Below the pieces are notes generated by a model. The model was not told the origin of the DNA. It saw nothing but the letters and a program-made list of their open reading frames with translations, and did not search any database. A stretch of DNA of 64,000 nt from Bdellovibrionota bacterium (GTDB lineage Bacteria > Bdellovibrionota > Bdellovibrionia > Bdellovibrionales > UBA840): assembly GCA_036140815.1 (NCBI GenBank), contig JAYZXX010000071.1:9561-73560 (forward strand), given 5' to 3'. The number at the start of each line of letters is the position of its first letter. Positions within the stretch are counted from its first letter, which is position 1. This document shows, in pieces, positions 1 through 10,069 of this stretch. A program made the position numbers and the translations under genes.

Positions 1-80
1 ACAACAGCAAACAAAAGCGGTTCTTAGTACTGCAAAAATGATATTAATAATGAATGAAGTATATAATAACAAAAATGATT

Positions 81-114
81 AAAAAAAAGATCTAAGCCAA
101 ACAGCTTAGATCTT
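81..114 (-). terminator. Rho-independent terminator ending the fliL-to-fliA operon
   Basis: Perfect 11-bp stem aagatctaagc/gcttagatctt (87-97, 104-114) with a 6-nt loop. The A-run at 81-88 on + gives a U-tract on the minus-strand transcript, about 25 nt after the fliA stop. Confidence 0.75.
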
Positions 115-137
115 CGCAAAGAAATTTCCTTTGAAGT

Positions 138-938
138 TTAGGCGGAGATTTCTTCGTTTTCAAAAACTTGCGAAAGTTTAGCACGCAGTTTTTGAACCGC
201 TTGAGCGTGCAATTGACTTACACGACTTTCAGTTACTTGTAAAACTTGACCAATTTCTTTCAAGTTTAAATCTTCATAATAATACAGAGAAAGAACCAAT
301 CTTTGTTTTTCTGGTAGGTCCTCGATGGAAGTCGTCAAAACATCCTTAACCACTTTTAAATTCAATTGGCTAAATGGATTGTTAAATTTCGTACCTTCCA
401 AAATGTTTAAAATTGATTTTTTATCTACATTTGAAAAAGTAGCCGCTTCATCAATCGACAATAAACTAACAGGTCTCACTTGGTTTACTAGATCATGAAA
501 TTCATCAATAGTAATACTGAGGTATTCACAAATCTCTTCTTCCGTAGCACTACGGCCAAGGTTTGCCTCTAGCTTCATCACTGTACGATCAAGCATTTTT
601 GCTTTATCACGAACGGATCTTGGTACCCAGTCTTGCGCCCTTAATTCATCTAAGATCGCTCCACGAATACGAAACTCCGCATAGGTTTTAAATTTATTGT
701 CACGACTAGGATCGTATTTCTCAATGGCATCCATCAAGCCGATCACACCGGAAGAGATCAAGTCGTCTAATTCAATGTTGGATGGCAGTCTTACTGCAAT
801 CTTCTGTGCGATAAATTTAATAAGAGGAGCATACTCCATGATTAAAGTACCTTTTTGCTCCTCGGTTAGGGCTTGTGGTGACTCTTTGTATTTTTTTAAC
901 AAGCTCGAACTTTTCGACATTTCTTTTCCCTCTTCCAT
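138..938 (-). CDS. fliA: Flagellar sigma factor sigma-28 (FliA)
   Basis: Sigma-70-family regions 2-4 are readable (DLISSGVIGLMDAIEKYDP, YAEFRIRGAILDELR, region 4 HTH LKEIGQVLQVTESRVSQLHAQAV). It is the last gene after flhF-flhG, as in many polar flagellates. Confidence 0.9.
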   Translation of the reverse strand: MEEGKEMSKSSSLLKKYKESPQALTEEQKGTLIMEYAPLIKFIAQKIAVRLPSNIELDDLISSGVIGLMDAIEKYDPSRDNKFKTYAEFRIRGAILDELRAQDWVPRSVRDKAKMLDRTVMKLEANLGRSATEEEICEYLSITIDEFHDLVNQVRPVSLLSIDEAATFSNVDKKSILNILEGTKFNNPFSQLNLKVVKDVLTTSIEDLPEKQRLVLSLYYYEDLNLKEIGQVLQVTESRVSQLHAQAVQKLRAKLSQVFENEEISA

Positions 939-980
939 AATATAATAACAAGTCTTAAATCCCCTTAAAAGTCCATATCC

Positions 981-1793
981 TTAGAGGTCGACTTGATTCA
1001 CCCCCATAAAAAATTGCATGCTGCCTTTTAGATTTCCTAAACGTCCGTAACCACTGATCTTATCCGCTAGAACCCGCACCTGCTCTGCACTTGGAGCTTC
1101 TGGAGCAGAATTTAAAACTAGCTCTTGGTTGCGTGTCGCCTGGGCGAAGGCCTGGTCTCTTTGTATCGAAGCGATATGCTCTAAATTAATATTTAAAAAC
1201 TGATCGCATACTTTTTGTAACATTTCATACAAACGAACTCCATCTCGCTCACTTCGAACCTGATTACAAATGATTTTAAAGTTTTTTTCTTTTTGCACAA
1301 GATGAAGAACTTTTATCAAAGCATAAGCATCGGTTAAACTTGCTGGCTCAGGCGTAAGAACCACAAAAATTTCTCCTGCTGAGGAGTTTAATAGCCTCAC
1401 ATTTTCATCGATACCAGGAGGAGTATCAATCAATAGATAATCAAATAAGCCCTCTAATTCAGACATCTGATCAATGATACATTTTTTCTGATAGGCGTTT
1501 AGGCCTTGAATTTCTGGAAGAGCACTTCCCCCTGAAATTAAATATAGATTCTGTGACAGACGAGTTAAAACGTCATCAATGCTATATTGATCGCTTAATA
1601 GATCCATTACGTTTCTTTGCACTTTTTGGCCAAACATAATATCGATGTTTGCCATACCAAGATCGCCATCAAATATTAGTACTTTTTTCCCTTTACGAGA
1701 TAGATACAAACCAAGATTTGCAGCTAAGCTACTCTTTCCGACTCCACCTTTACCAGAGGTAATACTAATGCTACGAGTTTTCTTATTTAACAT
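981..1793 (-). CDS. flhG: MinD/ParA-type flagellar number regulator FlhG (FleN/YlxH)
   Basis: Deviant Walker A SGKGGVGKS near the N-terminus and the motif LLIDTPPG. Lies immediately after flhF, with a GGAG RBS 10 nt upstream of the ATG. Confidence 0.85.
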   Translation of the reverse strand: MLNKKTRSISITSGKGGVGKSSLAANLGLYLSRKGKKVLIFDGDLGMANIDIMFGQKVQRNVMDLLSDQYSIDDVLTRLSQNLYLISGGSALPEIQGLNAYQKKCIIDQMSELEGLFDYLLIDTPPGIDENVRLLNSSAGEIFVVLTPEPASLTDAYALIKVLHLVQKEKNFKIICNQVRSERDGVRLYEMLQKVCDQFLNINLEHIASIQRDQAFAQATRNQELVLNSAPEAPSAEQVRVLADKISGYGRLGNLKGSMQFFMGVNQVDL

Positions 1794-1807
1794 TTTTTAT
1801 CTTTCTC

Positions 1808-3340
1808 CTACTTCGAAACCTGAAACAATAAATCAACAATTCTCTCGCTAGTCGCAAACTCAAAGTCCTCTGGTAAATTTGTACCAATTCCAAAACCTAA
1901 AATTGGAACATTTAGGTTGCGGAACTGATTATAAATTGCGCCATGTTGAGTTGTTTCATCTAGTTTTGTGAATATGATATCTTCGAAATTAAATACTTTA
2001 AATTTTTCAGCATAAGCTTTTGCATCGGCATTTTTCAACGTTACCGATTGAACTAAATGGACATTTGCCGGAACTGGTAAATCACTTGGAATTGATTTTT
2101 TAATCCACTCGATCTCTTCCAAACTTTTTAAACCAACCCCAGGGGTATCTACTAAGATACAATCCACGTCTTTCAATTGATTTAAAACAGATGGCCATTC
2201 CTCAGCACTTCTTAAAATTCCAAATGGAACGTTTAAAATCTTTGCATAAATTTTTAATTGCTCTGTAGCCCCTAGCTTCATGGTATCTGTAGTCAAGATT
2301 GCAACACTTTTGCGTTCATTAACCACCAATCTCGCAGCCATTTTAATCAAACTAGAAGTTTTTCCACTTGCGGAGTTTCCTACGAACACATGAATTCCAT
2401 TGTCCACGCTATTTTTTGTTTTAAAACTATCCATAATCTGTTTCGCTAGATAGCCGTTAACTATTGAGTTCTTCTGCCACTTTTCTTTTGCGATATTTTT
2501 CTTCGCCCCCAAAATCAATTCGCAGGCATATTTCTCATCGATACCTTTTCGCAATAGCTTTTCATAAGCCGGACTTAACTCATATGGAATTTCGTGATTA
2601 GCTCCAGGATGAGAAGGGATAAAGTTTTGTGGTACATCTCTAAAATTTTGAACCAATTTTTCAAGGCTAGCAATCTGACGTTTTAGCTCATTAATTTCAC
2701 GACTGGCAGACTCGGTCTTCCGTCTTACATTTGTTGATTTACTCTGCTTCGGCTCTTCATCGAAATCTTTAGAAAAAGCACTTAAAGCATTTTGAGTTGC
2801 CTCTTTAACCCTTCTAGCATTGTCAGAAATATTAGACTCTCTTTTTACTGGCTTAGGCCCAGATAGTGCTTTTTGCTCTTGAGAAGCGAGTTCTTTGATC
2901 TTTTGCATTTGCCCTTGCTGGCGATAAGCATTGCCTGATGTGACTGCTTTTTGCGTGTTTTGCGCAGGAGCCCTAACTGGCTCTTCTTGGGAATGATCTT
3001 CATCATCCAAAATATCGATATATTGTCGAGCACGTAGACCCATTTCTTCTTTTGGAAGAAATCGACTAACACTCTTTTCAATGAACTTCTTTTGCTGGCT
3101 GGCAGAACTACTCATTACCTTTTCACGGTCCTGATCTCTTAGTCGACTCAAAGCATATTGATGCTGTTGAAGCTTTGCCTCAGAAACCGCTGCGGTCACT
3201 TCCACACTAGATTCTCCCTTTAATCCAAAAGAACCTTTATTGTCTCTGGCAGCAAGAATCACAGCCTCAGGCCCCAGGTGCTTCTTCACCATTGCCAGTG
3301 CTTCTTGCATACTATTTGCTTCAAACTTTCTAACTTGCAT
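1808..3340 (-). CDS. flhF: SRP-type GTPase FlhF
   Basis: N-terminal B-domain (MQVRKFEANSMQEALAMVKKHLGPEAVIL). C-terminal NG domain has G1 GNSASGKTS and G3 DTPG. Sits between flhA and flhG. Confidence 0.85.
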   Translation of the reverse strand: MQVRKFEANSMQEALAMVKKHLGPEAVILAARDNKGSFGLKGESSVEVTAAVSEAKLQQHQYALSRLRDQDREKVMSSSASQQKKFIEKSVSRFLPKEEMGLRARQYIDILDDEDHSQEEPVRAPAQNTQKAVTSGNAYRQQGQMQKIKELASQEQKALSGPKPVKRESNISDNARRVKEATQNALSAFSKDFDEEPKQSKSTNVRRKTESASREINELKRQIASLEKLVQNFRDVPQNFIPSHPGANHEIPYELSPAYEKLLRKGIDEKYACELILGAKKNIAKEKWQKNSIVNGYLAKQIMDSFKTKNSVDNGIHVFVGNSASGKTSSLIKMAARLVVNERKSVAILTTDTMKLGATEQLKIYAKILNVPFGILRSAEEWPSVLNQLKDVDCILVDTPGVGLKSLEEIEWIKKSIPSDLPVPANVHLVQSVTLKNADAKAYAEKFKVFNFEDIIFTKLDETTQHGAIYNQFRNLNVPILGFGIGTNLPEDFEFATSERIVDLLFQVSK

Positions 3341-5429
3341 AGCTTACCTCTACCGTACCAACACTTGAAATATTGGCATCAATACTTAATTCATTATGTG
3401 AAACCACTTGTAACTGCGGAATAAAGCGTTCCGTCAACCTACGAATGTGTCGACGAATACTTGGGCTTGTAAGCAATACTGGTTGGCCCGCGATCTCTGG
3501 GTTTGTTTCGATCATTTTAGCAATTTCTGTAATCATACTTTGAGCAACATTAGGATCCATCACTAATTGAATTCCATCTTCTGTTTGCAACAGACTGTTA
3601 CTCACTGTTTCTTCAAGGTATGGCGAAAGACTTAATACTGGAATCAAGCCTTCCTCATTCAATAGTTTTTCGGTAATGGCTCTCGCCAAAGCCTTTCTAC
3701 AACTTTCCACCAGGCTTTCCACTTGCTTCGTCTTGTGACCTTCGTCAGCAAGTGTTTCAAAAATGGTACGCAAATCTCTGATAGAAACTTGTTCTTTTAA
3801 TAGACCTTGTAGCACTTGCACCACTGTTCCTAGTGGTAAAATATCTGGAACAAGATCTTCTACAATTTTCGGATAGATTTCTTTGAAATTTTCTACTAAA
3901 GCAGAGGCTTCTTGTCTGCCCATCAACTCGTGAGAATGAGTCCTTAGCATTTCGGTTAGGTGTGTTGCTATAACCGTTGGTAAGTCCACTACCGTGTAAC
4001 CAGAGATTTCTGCATCTTCTTTCAAATTTTTATGAATCCACATAGCATCTAAACCAAAAGCAGGTTCTTTGGTAGGAACACCACGAATTTCTTTAAGAAC
4101 ATTACCAGGGTCCATCGCCAATAGATTCTCTGGCATTAATGTTCCGCCACCAATCTTATTCCCCTTTATTAGGAAACGATACTCACCTGGATCTAGCTGT
4201 AAATTATCTCGAATATGAATGCTTGGCACAACAATTCCAAGATCTAGAGCAAACTGTTTACGAATACTAACAATACGCTCTAAGAGATCACCAGATTCTT
4301 CCGACTCAACAACATTAATTAAGCCATATCCAACTTCCAGTTCTAACAAATCTAGTGGTAGCAAAGACTCAATATTTTCCTTTTCAGGTTGAGCTGCCAA
4401 TTCCATTTCCTCTTTCTCTTTTCGAAGAGCATTGTCTTCGCGGAATTTATGAGTAATGTAAGCAATTGAAAGAGTTAAAGAACCCATTAGCATAAATGGA
4501 AACAATGGCATTCCAGGAACTAAACCTAAGAAGATTAAAATACTACCAACGATAGCCAAAGCCTTGGGTTTGGCCATTAACTGGGCGGTCATTTCTGAAC
4601 CTAAATTCTTTTTGGTTCCAGAACTTCTAGTAACAACAATACCGGCGGCCGTAGATATTAATAGTGCTGGGATTTGAGAAACCAATCCGTCACCAATGGT
4701 TAACATTGTATAGTTTTCAGCAGCGGTACTTAAATCTAAGCCTCTTTGCATCACACCAATCAATAGCCCACCTACTACGTTTACAAGAGTAATGATGATA
4801 CCAGCAATGGCATCCCCTCTTACGAACTTACTGGCACCATCCATTGCTCCATAGAAATCAGCTTGTTGCTCAATTTCAGAACGTCGTTTTCTTGCTTCTT
4901 CTTCGGAGATAAGGCCGGCGTTTAAATCCGCATCGATACTCATCTGTTTACCAGGCATGGCATCTAATGTGAATCGTGCTGCAACCTCGGCAACCCTACC
5001 AGAACCCTTTGTGATAACCACAAAGTTAATTACCACTAGGATGATGAATACGATCAATCCGATCACATAATTATCACCAACCACAAAGCTACCAAATGCC
5101 TGAATCACTGCACCGGCAGCATCTCCACCAGCATGCCCTTCACTTAATATCAAACGTGTCGATGCAACGTTTAGAGAAAGCCGACCTAACGTACTAATCA
5201 AAAGTAAACTTGGAAAAATAGAAAGGTCTAATGCCTGATCTGTATAAATTGCGATAACCAAAATGGCCAAACTAAACGTAATTACAACCGTCAAGGCCAA
5301 ATCTAGCAAGACGGATGGAAGCGGTAACATCATTACCGTCAAAATTGCCATCATAGCAGCTGCTAATAGCAAGTCTGTATTCTTGCTATACTTTTCAAAT
5401 CTTCTTAGAAAATCTAAAACTCCATCCAT
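3330..5429 (-). CDS. flhA: Flagellar type III export gate protein FlhA
   Basis: 699 aa with an N-terminal polytopic membrane domain and the conserved FHIPEP-type stretch (GAMDGASKFVRGDAIAGIII), followed by a large cytoplasmic domain. Overlaps flhF by 11 nt. Confidence 0.95.
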   Translation of the reverse strand: MDGVLDFLRRFEKYSKNTDLLLAAAMMAILTVMMLPLPSVLLDLALTVVITFSLAILVIAIYTDQALDLSIFPSLLLISTLGRLSLNVASTRLILSEGHAGGDAAGAVIQAFGSFVVGDNYVIGLIVFIILVVINFVVITKGSGRVAEVAARFTLDAMPGKQMSIDADLNAGLISEEEARKRRSEIEQQADFYGAMDGASKFVRGDAIAGIIITLVNVVGGLLIGVMQRGLDLSTAAENYTMLTIGDGLVSQIPALLISTAAGIVVTRSSGTKKNLGSEMTAQLMAKPKALAIVGSILIFLGLVPGMPLFPFMLMGSLTLSIAYITHKFREDNALRKEKEEMELAAQPEKENIESLLPLDLLELEVGYGLINVVESEESGDLLERIVSIRKQFALDLGIVVPSIHIRDNLQLDPGEYRFLIKGNKIGGGTLMPENLLAMDPGNVLKEIRGVPTKEPAFGLDAMWIHKNLKEDAEISGYTVVDLPTVIATHLTEMLRTHSHELMGRQEASALVENFKEIYPKIVEDLVPDILPLGTVVQVLQGLLKEQVSIRDLRTIFETLADEGHKTKQVESLVESCRKALARAITEKLLNEEGLIPVLSLSPYLEETVSNSLLQTEDGIQLVMDPNVAQSMITEIAKMIETNPEIAGQPVLLTSPSIRRHIRRLTERFIPQLQVVSHNELSIDANISSVGTVEVSYAS

Positions 5430-6493
5430 TAAACTCTAACCTTCTTCTTCAACTTGTAAACGTAAGCCAATACCTCGGCCACAGCCTGAAATAACTCACG
5501 CGGTATTACACTACCCACTTTTAAAGTTTTAAATATAGTTCTCGCCAGTGGCTTATTCTCAACCACTGGAATTTTACTCTCTTTGGCAATGGCTTTGATT
5601 TTTTCTGCCGTTTTATCAGCTCCCATTGCAATTACCATTGGTGCCATCCAACCTTGCTCATATTTAATTGCCACCGCAATATGAGTTGGGTTAGTTACAA
5701 TTACGTCCGCCTTAGGAACGTCTGACATCATACGTTTATTTGCCATTTCCCTTTGTGTTCTGCGAATTCTTGATTTAATTAAAGGATCACCCTCACGGTT
5801 TTTATGTTCTTCTTTTACTTCCTGCTTGGTCATGCGCATCTGTTTTTCAAGATCAAACCTTTGAAATCCATAATCTGCGGCAGCTAAAATACCCATGAAC
5901 ATACCAACCGCGCCAATCAACTTTACAGTTACATCACCGAAGTAAGAAAATAGTTGTTGAACCGTAAACTCTACCAAAACAGGTACTGTATTAATCTCAT
6001 CTTTCAAGATTAAATAAACGATAAAGGCTACAACAGAAACTTTCGCTACTGCTTTTACCCCTTCAACCACTGACTTCATTGAAAAAATTCTTTTTAAACC
6101 AGAGATGGGATCAATTTTTTTCAAATCTGGCTTTAAAGCTTCTTCATTGTATAGAATTCCAACTTGAACCAAACTACTTGCCATAGACAGAATCAATGCA
6201 ATTAAAAACACTGGCCCTAATAAAAAGGCCATTTTCTTCAGAGCAAATAAACTTGCAATTTTATGATCTTCAATTCTTGTGTGTGCATGAACATAATCAG
6301 AAAAGATAACTTGAATCAGTTCAGAAACTTGTTCCATCCAAAAGGCACCAAGCATCCAAATAGAAGCACACGCACCAATTAAGGTGAGAAATGATCCCAA
6401 CTCCTTGGTTTGTGCTACTTGCCCGCGTTTTCGAAAATCTTCTCTTCGCTGGGCTGTAGCTTCTTCAGTTTTTTCACCTGAATCGTCTGCCAT
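5429..6493 (-). CDS. flhB: Flagellar export switch protein FlhB
   Basis: 354 aa with four TM segments and the autocleavage motif NPTH (VIVTNPTHIAVAIKY). Confidence 0.95.
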   Translation of the reverse strand: MADDSGEKTEEATAQRREDFRKRGQVAQTKELGSFLTLIGACASIWMLGAFWMEQVSELIQVIFSDYVHAHTRIEDHKIASLFALKKMAFLLGPVFLIALILSMASSLVQVGILYNEEALKPDLKKIDPISGLKRIFSMKSVVEGVKAVAKVSVVAFIVYLILKDEINTVPVLVEFTVQQLFSYFGDVTVKLIGAVGMFMGILAAADYGFQRFDLEKQMRMTKQEVKEEHKNREGDPLIKSRIRRTQREMANKRMMSDVPKADVIVTNPTHIAVAIKYEQGWMAPMVIAMGADKTAEKIKAIAKESKIPVVENKPLARTIFKTLKVGSVIPRELFQAVAEVLAYVYKLKKKVRV

Positions 6494-6537
6494 TGGTTCC
6501 TTCCTAGAACTCGCTTCCCTAGTACATTATGCCGCAT

Positions 6538-7317
6538 TTACATGGACTTTAAAACAGTGAACAGGTCATCCATGACTATATCTATACTCGACTTAAATCC
6601 ATAAAGAAAAGCCGGCACAGTTACTATCAAAATTACAAATCCGAGCAAGATATTTACTGGAAAACTTGTAATTAAAATATTGATTTGAGGGACAGCTCGA
6701 CCAATGATGGCCATCGCTATGTTTGAGAAAAACATCGCTGCTAAAACAGGAGCCGAAAGCTTTAGACCTATTTCACATACCAATTGTAAAAGGTGTGCTA
6801 AATCCTTTCCGCTAATCAAAGAAATGGCATCCTCCCCTAAGGGTACCAATTCATAAGACTGCATTAGACCAGAGAAAAACACGTGGTGACCGTTGATAGT
6901 GAGAAAAAATACGGAAACCATTAAAAGTTGGAACTGACTTATAATCGACTCCCTACTACCACTCACTGGATTCAATGTCTGTGCACTGGATAAACCCATA
7001 GAAACACTTACTATCTCACCGCAGACCTGCACCGTCTGGAAAATTAAATGAGTCATGAATACCAAGACCATGCCCACACCAACTTCCTTAGCAACTAACC
7101 AAATAATCATATTTGAATCAATTTGTGTTTCAATTTGCTGCCAGCCTACCAAGGGAAAAATAACCATAGTAACTACTAAAGCAAGAATCACTTTTAAATT
7201 TTTAGGAACATTATTCGTACCAAGTACCGGCCAAAGCCCTAGAAAAATACCCATTCGCACCATTACAAGTACGAAGGCCAGGAGTTGTGTTTCATTGTAT
7301 TGAAACATATTTCCCAA
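6538..7317 (-). CDS. fliR: Flagellar export apparatus protein FliR
   Basis: 259-aa polytopic membrane protein, placed in the fliPQR order. Confidence 0.85.
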   Translation of the reverse strand: MGNMFQYNETQLLAFVLVMVRMGIFLGLWPVLGTNNVPKNLKVILALVVTMVIFPLVGWQQIETQIDSNMIIWLVAKEVGVGMVLVFMTHLIFQTVQVCGEIVSVSMGLSSAQTLNPVSGSRESIISQFQLLMVSVFFLTINGHHVFFSGLMQSYELVPLGEDAISLISGKDLAHLLQLVCEIGLKLSAPVLAAMFFSNIAMAIIGRAVPQINILITSFPVNILLGFVILIVTVPAFLYGFKSSIDIVMDDLFTVLKSM

Positions 7318-7318
7318 A

Positions 7319-7591
7319 CTAGTACCTCACGTATTCGGCGATATTAGACATGAGAGTAATTGTAAATTGTGACAACTCATCAACCATCCAAGGTCCCCCA
7401 AGCGTCAAAACAATACCAACTACGATAATCTTAGGAATGAAGGTTAGTGTCGCTTCGTTAATTTGTGTGATGGCCTGAAATACTGAAACCATCAAACCGA
7501 TGATAAGCGCTGATAATAGCAAAGGCGCTGCCACCATTGCAGTCGTGCGAAGAGCCATTCCGCCTAAATTGTAGATTAGATCTTCACCCAT
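7319..7591 (-). CDS. fliQ: Flagellar export apparatus protein FliQ
   Basis: 90-aa two-TM protein between fliP and fliR, with typical FliQ sequence (LLLSALIIGLMVSVFQAITQINEATLTFIPK). Confidence 0.9.
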   Translation of the reverse strand: MGEDLIYNLGGMALRTTAMVAAPLLLSALIIGLMVSVFQAITQINEATLTFIPKIIVVGIVLTLGGPWMVDELSQFTITLMSNIAEYVRY

Positions 7592-7600
7592 AAATTACCC

Positions 7601-8347
7601 CTATCCGAAACTTTTGATCATGGAACCAACAAGTAGTCCCCAGCCATCTACTAAAACAAATAGCATAATTTTAAATGGAAGTGATACAACCACAGGTGGC
7701 AACATCATCATCCCCATTGCCATCAACACACTTGCAACTACCATATCGATAACTAAAAATGGCAAATAGATAATAAAGCCAATTTGAAAGGCTGTTTTTA
7801 ACTCTGAAATAATAAAAGCTGGAATCAATACTGTAGTAGCCACATCCGCTCTTGTTTTAGGGGCTTCCGCTTTTGAAAGTTTTAAAAACAAAGACAAATC
7901 TGAGTCTCTTGTTTGATTAAACATGAATCTTCGCATCGGCAATAGAGCTGCATCAACAGCTTGTTCTTGATTAATTTTTCCCTCTAAAAAAGGTTGAACT
8001 GCCTTTGAATTTAACTCACTAAAGTGTGGTTGCATTACAAAGAAAGTCAAAAACAGAGCCAAACCAATTAGTAACTGGTTTGGTGGCATTTGTTGTGTTC
8101 CAATGGCTTGTCTTGTAAAAGAAAGTACGATTACGATTCTAGTAAAACCAGTCATCATGATTAAAATGGCTGGTGCCAAGGTTAAAACTGTAATCATAAG
8201 TAATATTTTAATACTACTTACAATGTCTTCGGGTTTATCTAAAGACTGCATACCAATATTGATATTAGGTAAACTTACTCCTTGAGCAAAACTCTCAAGG
8301 CAAAAGCCAAAAGTCAGAATGATGAATAGCAAGATGGACTTTTTCAA
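7601..8347 (-). CDS. fliP: Flagellar export apparatus protein FliP
   Basis: 248 aa with a signal peptide plus conserved FliP stretches (MMTGFTRIVIVLSFTRQAIGTQQMPPNQ, FLVIDMVVASVLMAMGMMMLPP). Confidence 0.95.
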   Translation of the reverse strand: MKKSILLFIILTFGFCLESFAQGVSLPNINIGMQSLDKPEDIVSSIKILLMITVLTLAPAILIMMTGFTRIVIVLSFTRQAIGTQQMPPNQLLIGLALFLTFFVMQPHFSELNSKAVQPFLEGKINQEQAVDAALLPMRRFMFNQTRDSDLSLFLKLSKAEAPKTRADVATTVLIPAFIISELKTAFQIGFIIYLPFLVIDMVVASVLMAMGMMMLPPVVVSLPFKIMLFVLVDGWGLLVGSMIKSFG

Positions 8348-9604
8348 CTACAGCTCCTTCATTCCAGAAAGACGACTTTTTACCAAATCTTTAATCCCGC
8401 GAATATTAAACTCTTCTTCTTCCTCTTCTTCAAAATCTAGTCCCATACCAATTTCTTCATTAACGTTGGCAGAAGTTAAACGTTTATCAAAAGAAGCCTC
8501 TTCTTCCAATTCTTCAATTTCTTCATCTAGCAAACTAAGTGGTTTAATTAGATTAATATTATGATCGGTTACACCAACCAGCATAGATTCTCCGGCTACT
8601 CTTAAAATCATTAAAGACTTTTTAGGCCCCAGATGGTGCTGAGTTAAAACCTTGATCGTATGATGTTTTTGTTCTTTTCTTTTCTTAGTTGCATACTGTC
8701 TGAGAAAAAGAAATCCACCAAGTAGGAGTCCTGCAACCACTAATAAACCGCTCATTAATCCACCCATTGGACTCTCATTTTTCTTTTCACTCTTCTTTAG
8801 TTTTGTTCCAAAAACAGGAATCTCAGACTCTTTCTTTCCTTTAAAGTTTTGTTCTTCTAAGCTTACGTCTTCTTCAAGCAAAATCTTATCTTCACTACTA
8901 ATACCTCGAATACTGCGAACCTTAATAGGCCCTTCCCTTTTTCTTTTAGGAACCTGATTCACTACAGGGATATCATTAGCAATACTATCACTGGCATCAA
9001 ACTTTAATTGAGTTTGCATTTTGTTTTCAAAGTTTTCTGCAGAGATTACTGCAGGAGCCTTTGCCGATGGGGCTTTTTCTTGTGCAACCGCTTCTTCTTC
9101 CGTAAGTTTCAATTGCAAATACTTATATTTGTCTTCTACTTTTTGATTGTTCAAATTAGAGGGTTCTTCCAGAATATTATCCAGAGTCCCCAATAAAACG
9201 GCACGGCCATCGGCAACAGAGACAATTAACTTATTACCTTCTATGCTTGTTTCTACTCGGCCTTTAAATTTACTGGCATCAAATTTTTTTTCATAGTTAA
9301 TTCGAAGTGCGAGGGTGTCACGATCTGGTTTAAAAGTGTAAAGGTTTTTCACCAAAGGATCAGAGATTTTATCAAAACGCTTATCTTGATCTAGCTCGGC
9401 ACCTTTAACATTTACTTGCACCGTACTATTGATAAATTCGATCTTAACATTCTTATCATCCACTGGATTACTAAATTCATAAACAACTTTAAAATGAGAT
9501 TGGCTCTCTTGATGCTGTACATGATTTAAAATTTCTCCCGCAGCAAATAAGTTTACTGCCGCAGTTAACCCAATGATAAATGAAATAAGTCCTTTTATAC
9601 TCAC
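8348..9604 (-). CDS. fliO: FliO-domain protein with a ~270-aa N-terminal extension
   Basis: The C-terminal third has one TM (GGLMSGLLVVAGLLLGGFLFL) followed by the FliO core (IKVLTQHHLGPKKSLMILRVAGESMLVGVTDHNINLI). It occupies the fliO position between fliN and fliP. The N-terminus has a signal/anchor and a beta-rich domain. Confidence 0.65.
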   Translation of the reverse strand: MSIKGLISFIIGLTAAVNLFAAGEILNHVQHQESQSHFKVVYEFSNPVDDKNVKIEFINSTVQVNVKGAELDQDKRFDKISDPLVKNLYTFKPDRDTLALRINYEKKFDASKFKGRVETSIEGNKLIVSVADGRAVLLGTLDNILEEPSNLNNQKVEDKYKYLQLKLTEEEAVAQEKAPSAKAPAVISAENFENKMQTQLKFDASDSIANDIPVVNQVPKRKREGPIKVRSIRGISSEDKILLEEDVSLEEQNFKGKKESEIPVFGTKLKKSEKKNESPMGGLMSGLLVVAGLLLGGFLFLRQYATKKRKEQKHHTIKVLTQHHLGPKKSLMILRVAGESMLVGVTDHNINLIKPLSLLDEEIEELEEEASFDKRLTSANVNEEIGMGLDFEEEEEEEFNIRGIKDLVKSRLSGMKEL

Positions 9605-9641
9605 TTGATCCTCGCCATCCTAGCAATTGATATCTTATTAC

Positions 9642-10046
9642 TTAGCCTAGTTGTTGAACCCGTTCTTGCGGGCTAATGATATCCGTTAGGCGTACCCCGA
9701 ATTTTTCATTCACCACAACAGCCTCACCGCGGGCCACTAGCTTATCATTCACTAAGATCTCTAGCGCTTCCCCTGCAAGCTTGTTTAATTCAATCACACT
9801 TCCTTGACCAAGATTTAACAACTCAGAAACCATCATTTTAGTACGGCCAAGTTCCACCGTAACTTTCAATGGTATATCTAAAATCAAATCTAGATTGCGA
9901 TCATGACGTTCATCAGCAGACATTCCATCTCCTGCCCCAGGAGCTCCGCCACCGAAATCATCACCGCCTTCCATTGGATTTTCATCATCATCCATCGATG
10001 CGGCCAAAGCTTCGGCAACTGCTGCTAAATTAGTATCGTCAGACAT
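9642..10046 (-). CDS. fliN: Flagellar motor switch protein FliN
   Basis: C-terminal SpoA/FliN domain (LDLILDIPLKVTVELGRTKMMVSELLNLGQGSVIELNKLAGE...LVARGEAVVVNEKFGVRLTDI). Confidence 0.9.
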   Translation of the reverse strand: MSDDTNLAAVAEALAASMDDDENPMEGGDDFGGGAPGAGDGMSADERHDRNLDLILDIPLKVTVELGRTKMMVSELLNLGQGSVIELNKLAGEALEILVNDKLVARGEAVVVNEKFGVRLTDIISPQERVQQLG

Positions 10047-10069
10047 AACGCCTCCTTAATATCCCAAAC

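Noticed and set aside
8319-8564. 81-aa plus-strand Ser-rich ORF. The same reasoning applies to other small antisense ORFs in the flagellar block (697-945, 1645-1851, 2845-3081, 7055-7303, 8103-8285, 9008-9196, 10419-10682, 11480-11686).
   Set aside because: All lie inside or antisense to confidently identified flagellar genes. They are composition-driven shadows.
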